A stretch of DNA of 63,283 bases, the filler included, from Octopus bimaculoides (Eukaryota): NCBI RefSeq assembly GCF_001194135.2. It is 5 parts of 5 records of this genome, joined end to end, with 100 filler letters (N's around TTAATTAATTAA, not from the genome) between each part and the next. Parts side by side here need not be neighbours in the genome. Positions count along the whole stretch, not along the records: positions 19,626 to 37,955 come from NC_068991.1; 4 more parts are not named here. One strand, written 5' to 3'. Below, piece by piece: positions 24,244-35,382 of this stretch. The stretch's first letter is position 1; every line of letters begins with the position of its first letter. The notes under the pieces are model-generated. The model made no database searches, was not told the origin of the DNA, and saw only the letters and a program-made list of their open reading frames with translations. The position numbers and the translations under genes were made by a program.

Positions 24244-24426
24244 TTTACATTATTTACATTATTTACATTTAACGGATATTTGTCCTCATCTTGTTTGTTG
24301 TTAACACAACGTTTCGGCTGTTATACCCTCCAGCCTTCATCAGGTGTCTTGGGGGAAATTTCAAACCTGGATTCTCATTTCTAAGGTATTCTTCAATGTT
24401 ATTATTATTATTATTATTATTATTAT
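24244..24426 (-). mobile_element. Hammerhead element, copy C (no tRNA head; truncated in (AAT)n)
   Basis: The reverse complement is (AAT)n-AACATTGAAGAATACCTTAGAAATGAGAATCCAGG...GACAC CTGATGA...GATGAGGACAAATATCCGTT-(AATGTAAAT)x3. Confidence 0.88.
24303..24348 (-). ncRNA. Minimal type I hammerhead ribozyme motif with intact core (copy C)
   Basis: The reverse complement is GACAC CUGAUGA A GGCUG-gaggguauaa-CAGCC GAAA CGUU GUGUU. Stem I is GACAC/GUGUU, stem II is GGCUG/CAGCC, and stem III is the palindrome ACGU. Predicted GUU cleavage falls between 24308 and 24307. Confidence 0.78.
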
Positions 24427-24479
24427 AGGATGTAATATCAGTCTCCTTCTGCATGTTGCACTAAAAAGATGCCAGTCAA

Positions 24480-24650
24480 TTACAAGATTAACCTCAAGGT
24501 ATAACCAGTTGTCATCTTCTGCTGGGTATAGTAGTGCAACACGAAATTAAAATTCCTTGCTCAAGGATATAACTCACTTCCTAGTCTGAGAATCGAACCC
24601 ATAACGTAAAGATTGTGAAGCCAACACTCTAACCAAAAGGCCATGCACCT
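24480..24650 (-). mobile_element. tRNA-derived SINE 5' fragment
   Basis: The reverse complement reads GGTGCATGGCC...GGTTAGAGTGTTGG...GGGTTCGATTCTCAG...CCTTGAGCAAGG. Confidence 0.6.
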
Positions 24651-24916
24651 TCACTTCCTTTCACTGAGCCGTATACAAAATTTGGCATGAAAATTATTTG
24701 AGCACCTACTCCTCATCATCAGCACATGCTATTGTCAGTATCAATGCTTAAAATTTAAATGCTAAGAGGCATAAATGAATTAATTTTAATTATTCTTTAT
24801 GAGTGAATGAATACTTAATGAAACGAAAGAAGATATCACCTATCAGCTTGCCAGGTTTATTTATAAGGATTTGTAAGTTTTAGGGATTTTATAAGAAATT
24901 TTTACTTATTTATTTC

Positions 24917-24967
24917 TCATCATCATCATCCTCATCATCATCATCATCATCATCATCATCGTCATCG

Positions 24968-25002
<35 letters not shown>

Positions 25003-25048
25003 GTCATCATCATCATCATCATCATCGTCATCATCATCATCATCATCA

Positions 25049-25095
<47 letters not shown>
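24917..25095. repeat. (CAT)n-(ATT)n compound microsatellite
   Basis: Read directly from the sequence. Confidence 0.95.
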
Positions 25096-25191
25096 TTGTT
25101 ATTTAGTAGAAAATTAGGAAATTCAAAGAACAAAGAGTAAAGAAATTGGTTTAAGAGGGAGAGTAAAGCTTTGTTGTTATTTTTCACTTAC

Positions 25192-25242
25192 CGAAAAGCT
25201 GGATCCATTCTCCAAAGTTGAGCTTTCCTCACCAATAAATTC
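25192..25242 (-). CDS. Candidate 51-nt symmetric exon
   Basis: Acceptor TGTCTTTCTATTATAG and donor TCG|GTAAGT. Two frames are open: EFIGEESSTLENGSSFS or NLLVRKAQLWRMDPAF. Confidence 0.3.
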
Positions 25243-26261
25243 CTATAATAGAAAGACATTGTTTTTTCCTGTTTTTCATTTCTTATAAAGTCTTATAACT
25301 TGATTGATATTTTTACCTACTTCTGCTTCTGTAAAATTACGTGCTTATTCTCTTAAAAAGAGTATTTGAGCCGAAAATAAAAATAAAATCTTTTACAAAA
25401 TGTTTTTGAATTTAAATTTGAAATTTAGACACAGCAAATATATACAGACGAGAAATGAATTCTGAAGTTATTGTCTGAAAAATGTGACAGGAAATACACA
25501 CATACATACATTCATACATACATACATACATACATATATACATACATACACACATGCATACATACATACATATATACATATATACATACATACATACATA
25601 CATACAAACATGTATATGCATATGCATGCGTGTTTGTATGCATATATATACATAAGTATGAGCATGTATATGTATGTATACATATATATATATATATANN
25701 NNNNNNNNNNNNNNNNNNNNNNNNNNNNNNNNNNNNNNNNNNNNNNNNNNNNNNNNNNNNNNNNNNNNNNNNNNNNNNNNNNNNNNNNNNNNNNNNNNNN
25801 NNNNNNNNNNNNNNNNNNNNNNNNNNNNNNNNNNNNNNNNNNNNNNNNNNNNNNNNNNNNNNNNNNNNNNNNNNNNNNNNNNNNNNNNNNNNNNNNNNNN
25901 NNNNNNNNNNNNNNNNNNNNNNNNNNNNNNNNNNNNNNNNNNNNNNNNNNNNNNNNNNNNNNNNNNNNNNNNNNNNNNNNNNNNNNNNNNNNNNNNNNNN
26001 NNNNNNNNNNNNNNNNNNNNNNNNNNNNNNNNNNNNNNNNNNNNNNNNNNNNNNNNNNNNNNNNNNNNNNNNNNNNNNNNNNNNNNNNNNNNNNNNNNNN
26101 NNNNNTATATATATATATATGCACGCACACACAAACATATATAGTGAGAGAGAGACTAACAGACAGACAACAGACAAAGACAAAGGCTGTGCCAAAGAGA
26201 CAGACATACAGACAAACAGATAAACAAACACTAAGAATTTTAAATTGAATAGATATAATAG

Positions 26262-26870
26262 GTACAGTTATGGCTGTGTGGTTACAGGGTTCGTTTTGCA
26301 ACCACATGGTTTCAAGTTCAGTCCCACTGTGTCGCACTTTAGGCGAGCATTTTTTCTGCAATAATTCTGGGTTGACCATTGCCATGTGAATGAATTTGCC
26401 AAGCAGAAAGTGTATATAAGCCTGTCATGTGTGTATACATACATACACACATATAAGCATACACACATACATACATAATACATATGTACATACACATATA
26501 TATTCACACATACATATGCATATACATGCATACACACACACACATACGTACAAACAAACATATATATATATGTAATGTGGTCGATGCCAGTGCCACCTGA
26601 TTGGCTCCCATGCCGGTGGCATGTAAAAAGTGCCATTCAAGCATGGTTGATGCCAGTGTCACCTGACTGGCTCCTGTGCTAGAGTCATGTAAAAAGCATC
26701 CACTACACTCTCAGAGTGGTTGGTGTTAGGAAGGGCATCCAGCTGTAGAAACCTTGTCAGATCAGCCTGGAGCATGGTGCAGCCTCCTGGCTTGCCATTC
26801 GTCAGTCAGAGCATCTGACCCATACCAGCATGGAAAGTAGATGTTAAGTGATGATGATGATGATAATGAT
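26262..26870 (+). mobile_element. Composite SINE: family 2 head, (CA/TA)n, two ~66-bp tandem modules, RTE-type tail with (GAT)n
   Basis: Head GGTACAGTTATGGCTGTGTGG...AAGTTCAGTCCCAC. The module GATGCCAGTG..ACCTGA.TGGCTCC...CATGTAAAAAG occurs twice. Tail CCAGCATGGAAAGTAGATGTTAAGTGATGATG. Confidence 0.7.
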
Positions 26871-27002
26871 ATATGTATGTAAGTATATGTATATATATAT
26901 ATGGGAGTGTATATATATATATATGTTTATATATATTTATGTATACATGTATATATATATATGTATATATGTATATAGATACATATATGTATGTATGTAT
27001 AC

Positions 27003-27058
<56 letters not shown>

Positions 27059-27964
27059 NNNNNNNNNNNNNNNNNNNNNNNNNNNNNNNNNNNNNNNNNN
27101 NNNNNNNNNNNNNNNNNNNNNNNNNNNNNNNNNNNNNNNNNNNNNNNNNNNNNNNNNNNNNNNNNNNNNNNNNNNNNNNNNNNNNNNNNNNNNNNNNNNN
27201 NNNNNNNNNNNNNNNNNNNNNNNNNNNNNNNNNNNNNNNNNNNNNNNNNNNNNNNNNNNNNNNNNNNNNNNNNNNNNNNNNNNNNNNNNNNNNNNNNNNN
27301 NNNNNNNNNNNNNNNNNNNNNNNNNNNNNNNNNNNNNNNNNNNNNNNNNNNNNNNNNNNNNNNNNNNNNNNNNNNNNNNNNNNNNNNNNNNNNNNNNNNN
27401 NNNNNNNNNNNNNNNNNNNNNNNNNNNNNNNNNNNNNNNNNNNNNNNNNNNNNNNNNNNNNNNNNNNNNNNNNNNNNNNNNNNNNNNNNNNNNNNNNNNN
27501 NNNNNNNNNNNNNNNNNNNNNNNNNNNNNNNNNNNNNNNNNNNNNNNNNNNNNNNNNNNNNNNNNNNNNNNNNNNNNNNNNNNNNNNNNNNNNNNNNNNN
27601 NNNNNNNNNNNNNNNNNNNNNNNNNNNNNNNNNNNNNNNNNNNNNNNNNNNNNNNNNNNNNNNNNNNNNNNNNNNNNNNNNNNNNNNNNNNNNNNNNNNN
27701 NNNNNNNNNNNNNNNNNNNNNNNNNNNNNNNNNNNNNNNNNNNNNNNNNNNNNNNNNNNNNNNNNNNNNNNNNNNNNNNNNNNNNNNNNNNNNNNNNNNN
27801 NNNNNNNNNNNNNNNNNNNNNNNNNNNNNNNNNNNNNNNNNNNNNNNNNNNNNNNNNNNNNNNNNNNNNNNNNNNNNNNNNNNNNNNNNNNNNNNNNNNN
27901 NNNNNNNNNNNNNNNNNNNNNNNNNNNNNNNNNNNNNNNNNNNNNNNNNNNNNNNNNATATATA

Positions 27965-28210
27965 TGGTGGTGGTGGTGGTTGTCTACTACTTACACAGAG
28001 TTTGACCACCTCCTGCACCTACACCTTAGCCCTTTCATGGCGTCTGATGTGGCTTTTTAAACCAGACAGTGTTTTGAAAAAACACCCACATAGATTACAC
28101 CTCTGATTTGTACTACCAATACCTGCAAGTAAGTTCTGCTCATTGTGGATCCTAACATGTCTTTTAAGACCCCGTTGGATTTGCAAGCCCTCTGGCACAC
28201 ACCACATTCA
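27965..28210 (-). mobile_element. LINE 3' end encoding two C2H2 zinc fingers, with an (ACC)n tail
   Basis: After correcting a 1-bp frameshift in a G run the frame reads ECGVCQRACKSNGGLKRHVRIH...CNLCGCFFKTLSGLKSHIRRHERAKV*, two C-x2-C-x12-H-x3-H fingers. A short 3' UTR and (ACC)5 follow. Confidence 0.6.
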
Positions 28211-28221
28211 ATATATATATA

Positions 28222-28567
28222 TGGCGACAAAGGGCCTCTCACTCAGAGTAAAAGGCAGACTTTATGACGCATATGTACAAACAGCCATGCTACATGGCAG
28301 TGAAACATGGGCCGTGACTGCTGAGGACATGCGTAAGCTCGCAAGGAATGAAGCCAGTATGCTCCGATGGATGAGTAATGTCAGTGTGCATACCTGACAG
28401 AGTGTAAGTATTTTGAGAGAAAAGTTGGACCTAAGAAGCATCAGTTGTGGTGTGCAAGAGAGACGATTGCACTGGTATGGACATGTGGAAAGAACGGATG
28501 AGGATAGCTGTGTGAAAAAGTGCCACACTCTAGCGGTTGAGGGAACCCGTGGAAGAGGCAGGCCCAG
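28222..28567 (+). mobile_element. RTE (BovB-like) LINE C-terminal fragment
   Basis: KGLSLRVKGRLYDAYVQTAMLHGSETWAV...ERRLHWYGHVER...GTRGRGRP. It has an internal stop and runs into a gap. Confidence 0.85.
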
Positions 28568-29269
28568 NNNNNNNNNNNNNNNNNNNNNNNNNNNNNNNNN
28601 NNNNNNNNNNNNNNNNNNNNNNNNNNNNNNNNNNNNNNNNNNNNNNNNNNNNNNNNNNNNNNNNNNNNNNNNNNNNNNNNNNNNNNNNNNNNNNNNNNNN
28701 NNNNNNNNNNNNNNNNNNNNNNNNNNNNNNNNNNNNNNNNNNNNNNNNNNNNNNNNNNNNNNNNNNNNNNNNNNNNNNNNNNNNNNNNNNNNNNNNNNNN
28801 NNNNNNNNNNNNNNNNNNNNNNNNNNNNNNNNNNNNNNNNNNNNNNNNNNNNNNNNNNNNNNNNNNNNNNNNNNNNNNNNNNNNNNNNNNNNNNNNNNNN
28901 NNNNNNNNNNNNNNNNNNNNNNNNNNNNNNNNNNNNNNNNNNNNNNNNNNNNNNNNNNNNNNNNNNNNNNNNNNNNNNNNNNNNNNNNNNNNNNNNNNNN
29001 NNNNNNNNNNNNNNNNNNNNNNNNNNNNNNNNNNNNNNNNNNNNNNNNNNNNNNNNNNNNNNNNNNNNNNNNNNNNNNNNNNNNNNNNNNNNNNNNNNNN
29101 NNNNNNNNNNNNNNNNNNNNNNNNNNNNNNNNNNNNNNNNNNNNNNNNNNTGTCCCCTCTATGTTTAGCCCCTTGTGGGCAATAAAGAAATAAGTAAGTT
29201 TACCTCAACAGATTCTATTGAACCCATGCAAGCTTGGGAAAGTGGACATTAAATAACAACAAGAACAAT

Positions 29270-29597
29270 GGCAATGATGGTGATGATGATGACAATGATG
29301 ACAGCGATGATGATGATGACAACGATGATAATGAGGATGATGATGATAACGATGATCATGATGGCAATGACGCCGATGACAATGATGACACCGATGATGA
29401 TGATTTCACGAATGTCAATGAGTATGGCAACGATGATGCCGATGACAACAATGATGAAGATGATGACAATGATGATGATGATGACAATGATAATGATAAT
29501 GATGATGACGACGACGACGACGACGATGACGATGAGAATTATAATGATGATGACGATGATGATGACAATGATGATGATGACAACGACAATGGTGACA

Positions 29598-29640
<43 letters not shown>

Positions 29641-29690
29641 CGACGATGACGATGATGATGATATTCATGATGATTATGAAGTATTGTTGA
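29270..29690. repeat. Degenerate (GAT/GAC)n microsatellite
   Basis: Follows an RTE-type tail (...GGAAAGTGGACATTAAAT). Confidence 0.9.
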
Positions 29691-29982
29691 TTATGGTTTG
29701 CTGAATTTATGATGAAGGGAGTGGATCAAGGAGTGTTTATACAAAAGTAAACAGACATCAGAAGATGCTTTTGTTCAAAAGCACTGCTTTATCAGGTAAT
29801 TTTTTTTTTTTATGGTGTTTACATGTTTATCAGTTTTAAAAGATGTCACACGTACATAAATTTATACTACTAAAATAATATCCCATACGTTTCCCTGTGA
29901 CATTTGCCTTCAAAAACAGTTTGACATTTACAATCAACAAGTGTTTAAACTGTTATCACCTCTGATATCTCCTTTCACAATG

Positions 29983-30098
<116 letters not shown>

Positions 30099-30180
30099 GT
30101 GCGTGTGTGTGTGTCATATGTAGACATGGTATAATATACCTTCATATTTATTTCATAGAAATTATGAGAAATAACCATCA

Positions 30181-30912
30181 ACGAGATGGTATCAAAATGT
30201 TCCTGGACTACTTCTGTAGCGCACCAACAGATGGCAGCACACAGTGAGGGAAAGCAGTGACCTTCATGAAGCAGTGTGCTGAGTGACTTTGCTGTGTTTA
30301 TTTCGCAAGTTTTGAAATTTGTGTTTTTGTGATCCCGTGTATGCTGTAGTCTGTGATTTTGTCATGGATGGGAACAAAGAGCCAACGTGAAATTTCGTGT
30401 TAAACTTGGGAAGTCTGCTACAGAGACATTGAGCATGCTTCGGCAAGCTTACGATGATGTGGCAATGGGTCATATGCAATGTTGTTTTGAATGGCAAGGG
30501 TGTTTCAAAAGCAGAAGAAATCCCTGGAAGATGATGAGCAATCTGGAAGACCTGCCATGAGGGTCACCCCCAGAAATGTGGGATTGTGCATCAAGAATTC
30601 ATCACCCAGGGTAAGACCATCAATCGAGAGTTCTACTGCAATGTTTTGAAGCATTTGAGAGAGGACATTTCGTGAAAGCAACCAGATCTGTGAAGTGTGA
30701 AAAATTGAATTCTTCATGACCACAATGTTCCCTGTCACCAAGCTCTCCTCATTCATGAACTTCTCACCAAAAAAACAACATGGTATCACTTCTGTACCCA
30801 TCCTATTCACAAGATTTAGCACCTGCAGACTTCCATCTCTTCTCCAAGATGAGAATGTTTCTCAAAGATCGCTGTCTTAACACCATTGTCGAGATTAAGA
30901 GCAAATCATAGA
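30181..30912 (+). mobile_element. Internally deleted mariner element (left TIR, N-terminal HTH, C-terminal catalytic part)
   Basis: TIR-like CGAGATGGTATCAAAATGTTCCTGGACT, then EQRANVKFRVKLGKSATETLSML...EDDEQSGRP joined to GIVHQEF...LHDHNVPCH...YSQDLAPADFHLF. Stop codons are present and no right TIR was seen. Confidence 0.85.
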
Positions 30913-30949
30913 GTATTTCCTACCTCTTATCAATCCTCATCTTTTGCCC

Positions 30950-31195
30950 AGAATTACTCTCATGATATAGATACTCAGACTGGCCATCACATGTACATGT
31001 GTCACAGTTGATTCTTCTACAGCACTTGCTGTATGATCACAGCAAATCCTTGGACATTTTACAAACCACAACAGACACAGAAATCTGGTGCAATCTCCTG
31101 CTTGGCCAGCTACTGTCAAGCCATCCAACTCATGCCAGCATGGAAGGTGGATGTTAAACGCTGATGACGATGATGATGACGATGATGATGATATC
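30950..31195 (+). mobile_element. RTE-type SINE tail + (GAT)n
   Basis: CCAACTCATGCCAGCATGGAAGGTGGATGTTAAACG followed by GATGAC repeats. Confidence 0.65.
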
Positions 31196-31493
31196 ATCTC
31201 ACTTCGCTAATATTTGTGATGGAGCATCTTATTCTGAAACTATTAATTGTTTCATGCTATACAACAAATAATGATGCTCCTATTGATTTTGAAAGAATAG
31301 CTTTTCTATCAGGAAGTTGAGGAAATAGCAGTGGACATTGTGTCATTGTTTTACATAAACATGACCAAAGTATCCGAGGAGCCATGACACTTTGTTTGTT
31401 TTGTTCCCAAGAGGAAAGAAAGATTGGGATATAATGCTCATGAGTATGACTAACAAGAACCAAAAATTTATGTCTGTAGAAAGTTATGCATAG

Positions 31494-31946
31494 TATAAGG
31501 CGACGAGCTAGCAGAAACGTTATTACGCCAGGCGAAATGCTTAGCGGTATTTCGTCTGCCGTTACGTTCTGAGTTCAAATTCCACCAAGGTCGACTTTGC
31601 CTTTCATCCTTTCGGGGTCGATAAATTAAGTACCAATTACGCACTGGGGTCGATGTAATCGACTTAATCCGTTTGTTTGTCTTTGTTTGTCCCCTCTATG
31701 TTTAGCCCCTTGTGGGCAATAAAGAAAGAAGAACCGTTAGCACGCCGGGCTAAATGCTAAGCGGTATTTCGTCTGCTGTTACGTTCTGAGTTCAAATTCC
31801 GCCAAGGTCGACTTTGCCTTTCATCCTTTCAGGGTCGATTAAATAAGTACCAGTTATGCACTGGGGTCGATATAATCGACTTAATCCGTTTGTCTGTTCT
31901 TGTTTGTCCCCTCTATGTTTAGCCCCCTGTGGGCAATAAAGAAATA
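31494..31946 (+). mobile_element. Tandem dimer of SINE family 1 flanked by a 16-bp target-site duplication
   Basis: Two units with a period of ~217 bp. AGAAAGTTATGCATAG occurs at 31478-31493 and 31947-31962. Confidence 0.92.
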
Positions 31947-32419
31947 AGAAAGTTATGCATAGCAAGATGAGGCATTGGATCAATGGTTTTTGAAGTATTT
32001 CACATGGAAGGAAGATTATTTCAGTAGCTATTCCCAAATTGAAGAAAACTATCTCCAATGGCTTCAAAAGAGTCATCAAAAACTAAGAGCAGGACGTTAT
32101 CAAGGCTTCTTAAAACAAACACAAAGTGACAAACCAAATTGCCATATTGGCAGCATTAGTATTCTTTCATATTCTATTAAATAAGGGACCAAGGTTCTAT
32201 TAAATCATCTCAGTGTTGTTGTTGAGTTTATAAATGAGATAATTATCAACATCTTTGAAGGAGAAACACTTACACACAAAAGCATTCATTTCTGTGATCA
32301 TGAAGACAAACCGTTATCCAATGGAGTTCCTAAATAGCACCAATTTTAATGCTCCAATTCCACCTGCCACCTTATTTCGATCATGAAACAGTGTTGCATT
32401 GTACTGAAATTGCAAAAGG

Positions 32420-32585
32420 TGCTGGTATAGGTGTGTGTGTAAGGAGTTTGCTTTCTACTCACATTGTTTTGGATTTAGTCTCACTGCAAGGCACTTTGAG
32501 TAAGCATCTTCTGCTATAGCCCCTGGCTATAGCAGAAGTCCACTACCTTGCATGTCCATTTAGCAGATGGAAACTGAAAAAAGAC
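32420..32585 (+). mobile_element. SINE family 2 5' part containing a 14-bp perfect inverted repeat
   Basis: The head resembles 42980. CTTCTGCTATAGCC-CCT-GGCTATAGCAGAAG lies at 32508-32538. Confidence 0.65.
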
Positions 32586-32587
32586 TG

Positions 32588-32621
<34 letters not shown>

Positions 32622-33299
32622 TTTATCTTTTACTTATTTCACTCACTGGAAGACTCTATAATGAATAAATAAGAGAATAAGAGAAATGTGGAAACGATAT
32701 ACGACTTGAGATGGAATGAACTGGTAAGCGACGATTTATTCTCCGTTATAAAATACAATGATTGCCATACATGAAATAGAATAACATAACAGGTTACAAC
32801 AAAGATGTGTGAGAGACTTCGTGGTTAGGCTGGACTGTTGATCTTGTAGGCAAAGCTGACGTATTGTTTTGTGGTGTGTAGAGGCAGCCGTTGGTCTGTT
32901 GGTCGTGTGGTGTTCATACAACAACAATGTAGGCAGGCGTCTGGTGGAGATGAAAGCAGAGACTGGCTGGTGTCAGATATATCATTGCCAGAGACGAGTT
33001 GCATGTTGTCTGAGGCATGTGCCAAAGACAAAGTGTAGTTGAGAATTACCATTCTTATAGTGATAGTAGACTCGCCAGAGCTGGTGATTATTTTCCTGCA
33101 TAAGGAAAGATGAACTGTTGTGTCAACACAATTGGATGGCTGAAAACCAACCAATACAAACAATTTCAACTAATCAAAAGGTCATGTGGCCGACTGGAAC
33201 GAAATGACTTGTGGAGCCAATATCCGGGTATTTAAGCCTAGACAACTGAAAATGAAAACATCTCACACATAATGACAATGTAAATCACTTCTGCTACAA

Positions 33300-33720
33300 C
33301 CCTGTGTCTGACAACAGGACTCTGCACCATGCCACACAAGCAAGAGAACTCAGTCATGACTGTGAGACAATTTCTGCAACCGCATCACCCCTAACATCTG
33401 GCCACCTAACTCCCTTGATTATTATGTGTGAGGTGTAGTTAAGTGAGAGACCAACAAAACTCCTTGTAGCTCCAAAGATGAACTGAAGGCAAGGATTATG
33501 GCAGCATTCACCAACTTAAACAAGGAGACCATCCAGAAGAGTTGCAGGAGACTCTGAAGTCGTCTGGAGACTGTTGTTGAAACCAATGGTGATTTTATTG
33601 AATAAATTTACTCTTTAGTATTTCAAGATATTTTTATGTAATTTTGCTAAATATATCTGTTAAAATGAGATGTGAGTATTATTTTCATTTTTGTGTAATT
33701 TAGACGACAATTTATTCACT
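33300..33720 (+). mobile_element. Tc1/mariner (maT/DD37D-like) transposase C-terminal remnant and 3' end
   Basis: QQDSAPCHTSKRTQS...IWPPNS(deletion)LDYYV*G...KDELKARIMAAFTNLNKETIQKSCRR...NGDFIE*. Confidence 0.8.
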
Positions 33721-34040
33721 NNNNNNNNNNNNNNNNNTATATATGTAGTTATGTCTGTCTGAGAGTGAGTGTATGAGAGTTTGTGTCTCCTTGTCTTGAT
33801 ATGCATCTTTTTTAATAAATTACTATGGTAACATGTCTGTCCATGGGGAAATATTACCTTGCTTGGAAACAGGTGAGAGTTGGTGACAGGAAGGGCATCC
33901 AGAGCTTAGAAAATCTGCCTCAATAAACTTTGTCTGACTCATGCAAGCATGGCAAAGAGGATATTAAAACAACAATGGCGATGATGAGGATGATGATGAT
34001 GACGACGATGATGATGAAGGCAATGACAATGATGATGACA

Positions 34041-34077
<37 letters not shown>

Positions 34078-34527
34078 CAATGATGATGAGATAAGAAGGA
34101 CAGGGAGGAGGTGGTAGTGGTGATGGTGGTGGCATGTAATGATGATGATGATGATGATGATGGTAATGATGGTGGCGATGATAGCGGTGGTGATGGAGGT
34201 ACATGATGATAGGGATGATGATGACAATGGCAATGATGATGACGATGATGGGTGGTGGTAGTGGTGGTGGTGGTGGTAACGACAACATTGTTGACAATGA
34301 TAATGATTTCCTACATTGGAACCCAAGGCCAGAAATTTTATAGAAGACAAAACAGTTAATGAATCGACAACATCCCCCAGTACCTGACCGGTACTTTATT
34401 TAATCATGGAAAGATATCAGATACAAGCAAGGTTGACCTACACTGGATTTTTAAACCTAGAACATAAAAAAAAGTGGAACAATATACTGCAAGGCAATTT
34501 GTCCAATTCTTAAACAATCGGTTAATC

Positions 34528-34568
<41 letters not shown>

Positions 34569-35382
34569 TTATAACAATAATAGCTTTTAATAATTTTTCA
34601 CAAAGACATGAACATTTACAATAAAATGCAATCTTTACATAATATATCAGGATATTGTACAATAAACGGACGTTTTTCTTCTTCTAAACAATACGAGAAA
34701 AGGAAAACATCATTACCAACAAAACCACTGCCACTACTACTACTACCACCACCACCACCACCACCACCACCACCACCACCGTAACCACCTCAACTTCCAG
34801 CAACAATTGGTGCAACTAACATCCCTTCTCTCCTCCCGGGTACCCCCTACCCCACCCAACTCCCTCCCCCTCCTCATTTTTCTTTTATTCATCACAATTC
34901 TCATCATCATCATCATCACCATCATCATCATCATTGTCGTTGTCACCGTCGTCGTCACTGTCATCACCACCATCACTACCATCATCATCATCATCGTCAT
35001 CATCAGAATAGAATGATGATGATGATAATGCTAATGATAGTTTCTTTATTGTTATAAAGGTTAATGTAAATTAGAGAAGGATGTGTCTATGTATGTATGA
35101 ATATGTGTGTATTTGTGTGCAAATATAAATAATATATGTGTGTGTGTGTATGCATGTGTGTATGTATATTACAGAGAGAGAAAGAGAGCAAGAGTGAGAA
35201 AAAGAGAGATATATATGTATGTATGTATATACATNNNNNNNNNNNNNNNNNNNNNNNNNNNNNNNNNNNNNNNNNATATATGGAAAGCGGACGTTAAACG
35301 ATGATGATGATGATGATGATATATATATATATATATATATATATAAACACACATATACGGTGTGATATTTTTAATCTCTATA

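Noticed and set aside
28019-28207. Host C2H2-ZNF gene
   Set aside because: There are only two fingers, no TGEKP linkers, a frameshift, and an immediate short-repeat tail. It is retained as a LINE end instead.
29234-29704. Asp-rich 156-aa ORF resembling an acidic biomineral or low-complexity protein
   Set aside because: It is the expanded (GAT)n tail directly after an RTE-type SINE end, with no ATG or signal peptide, and it is open in several frames.
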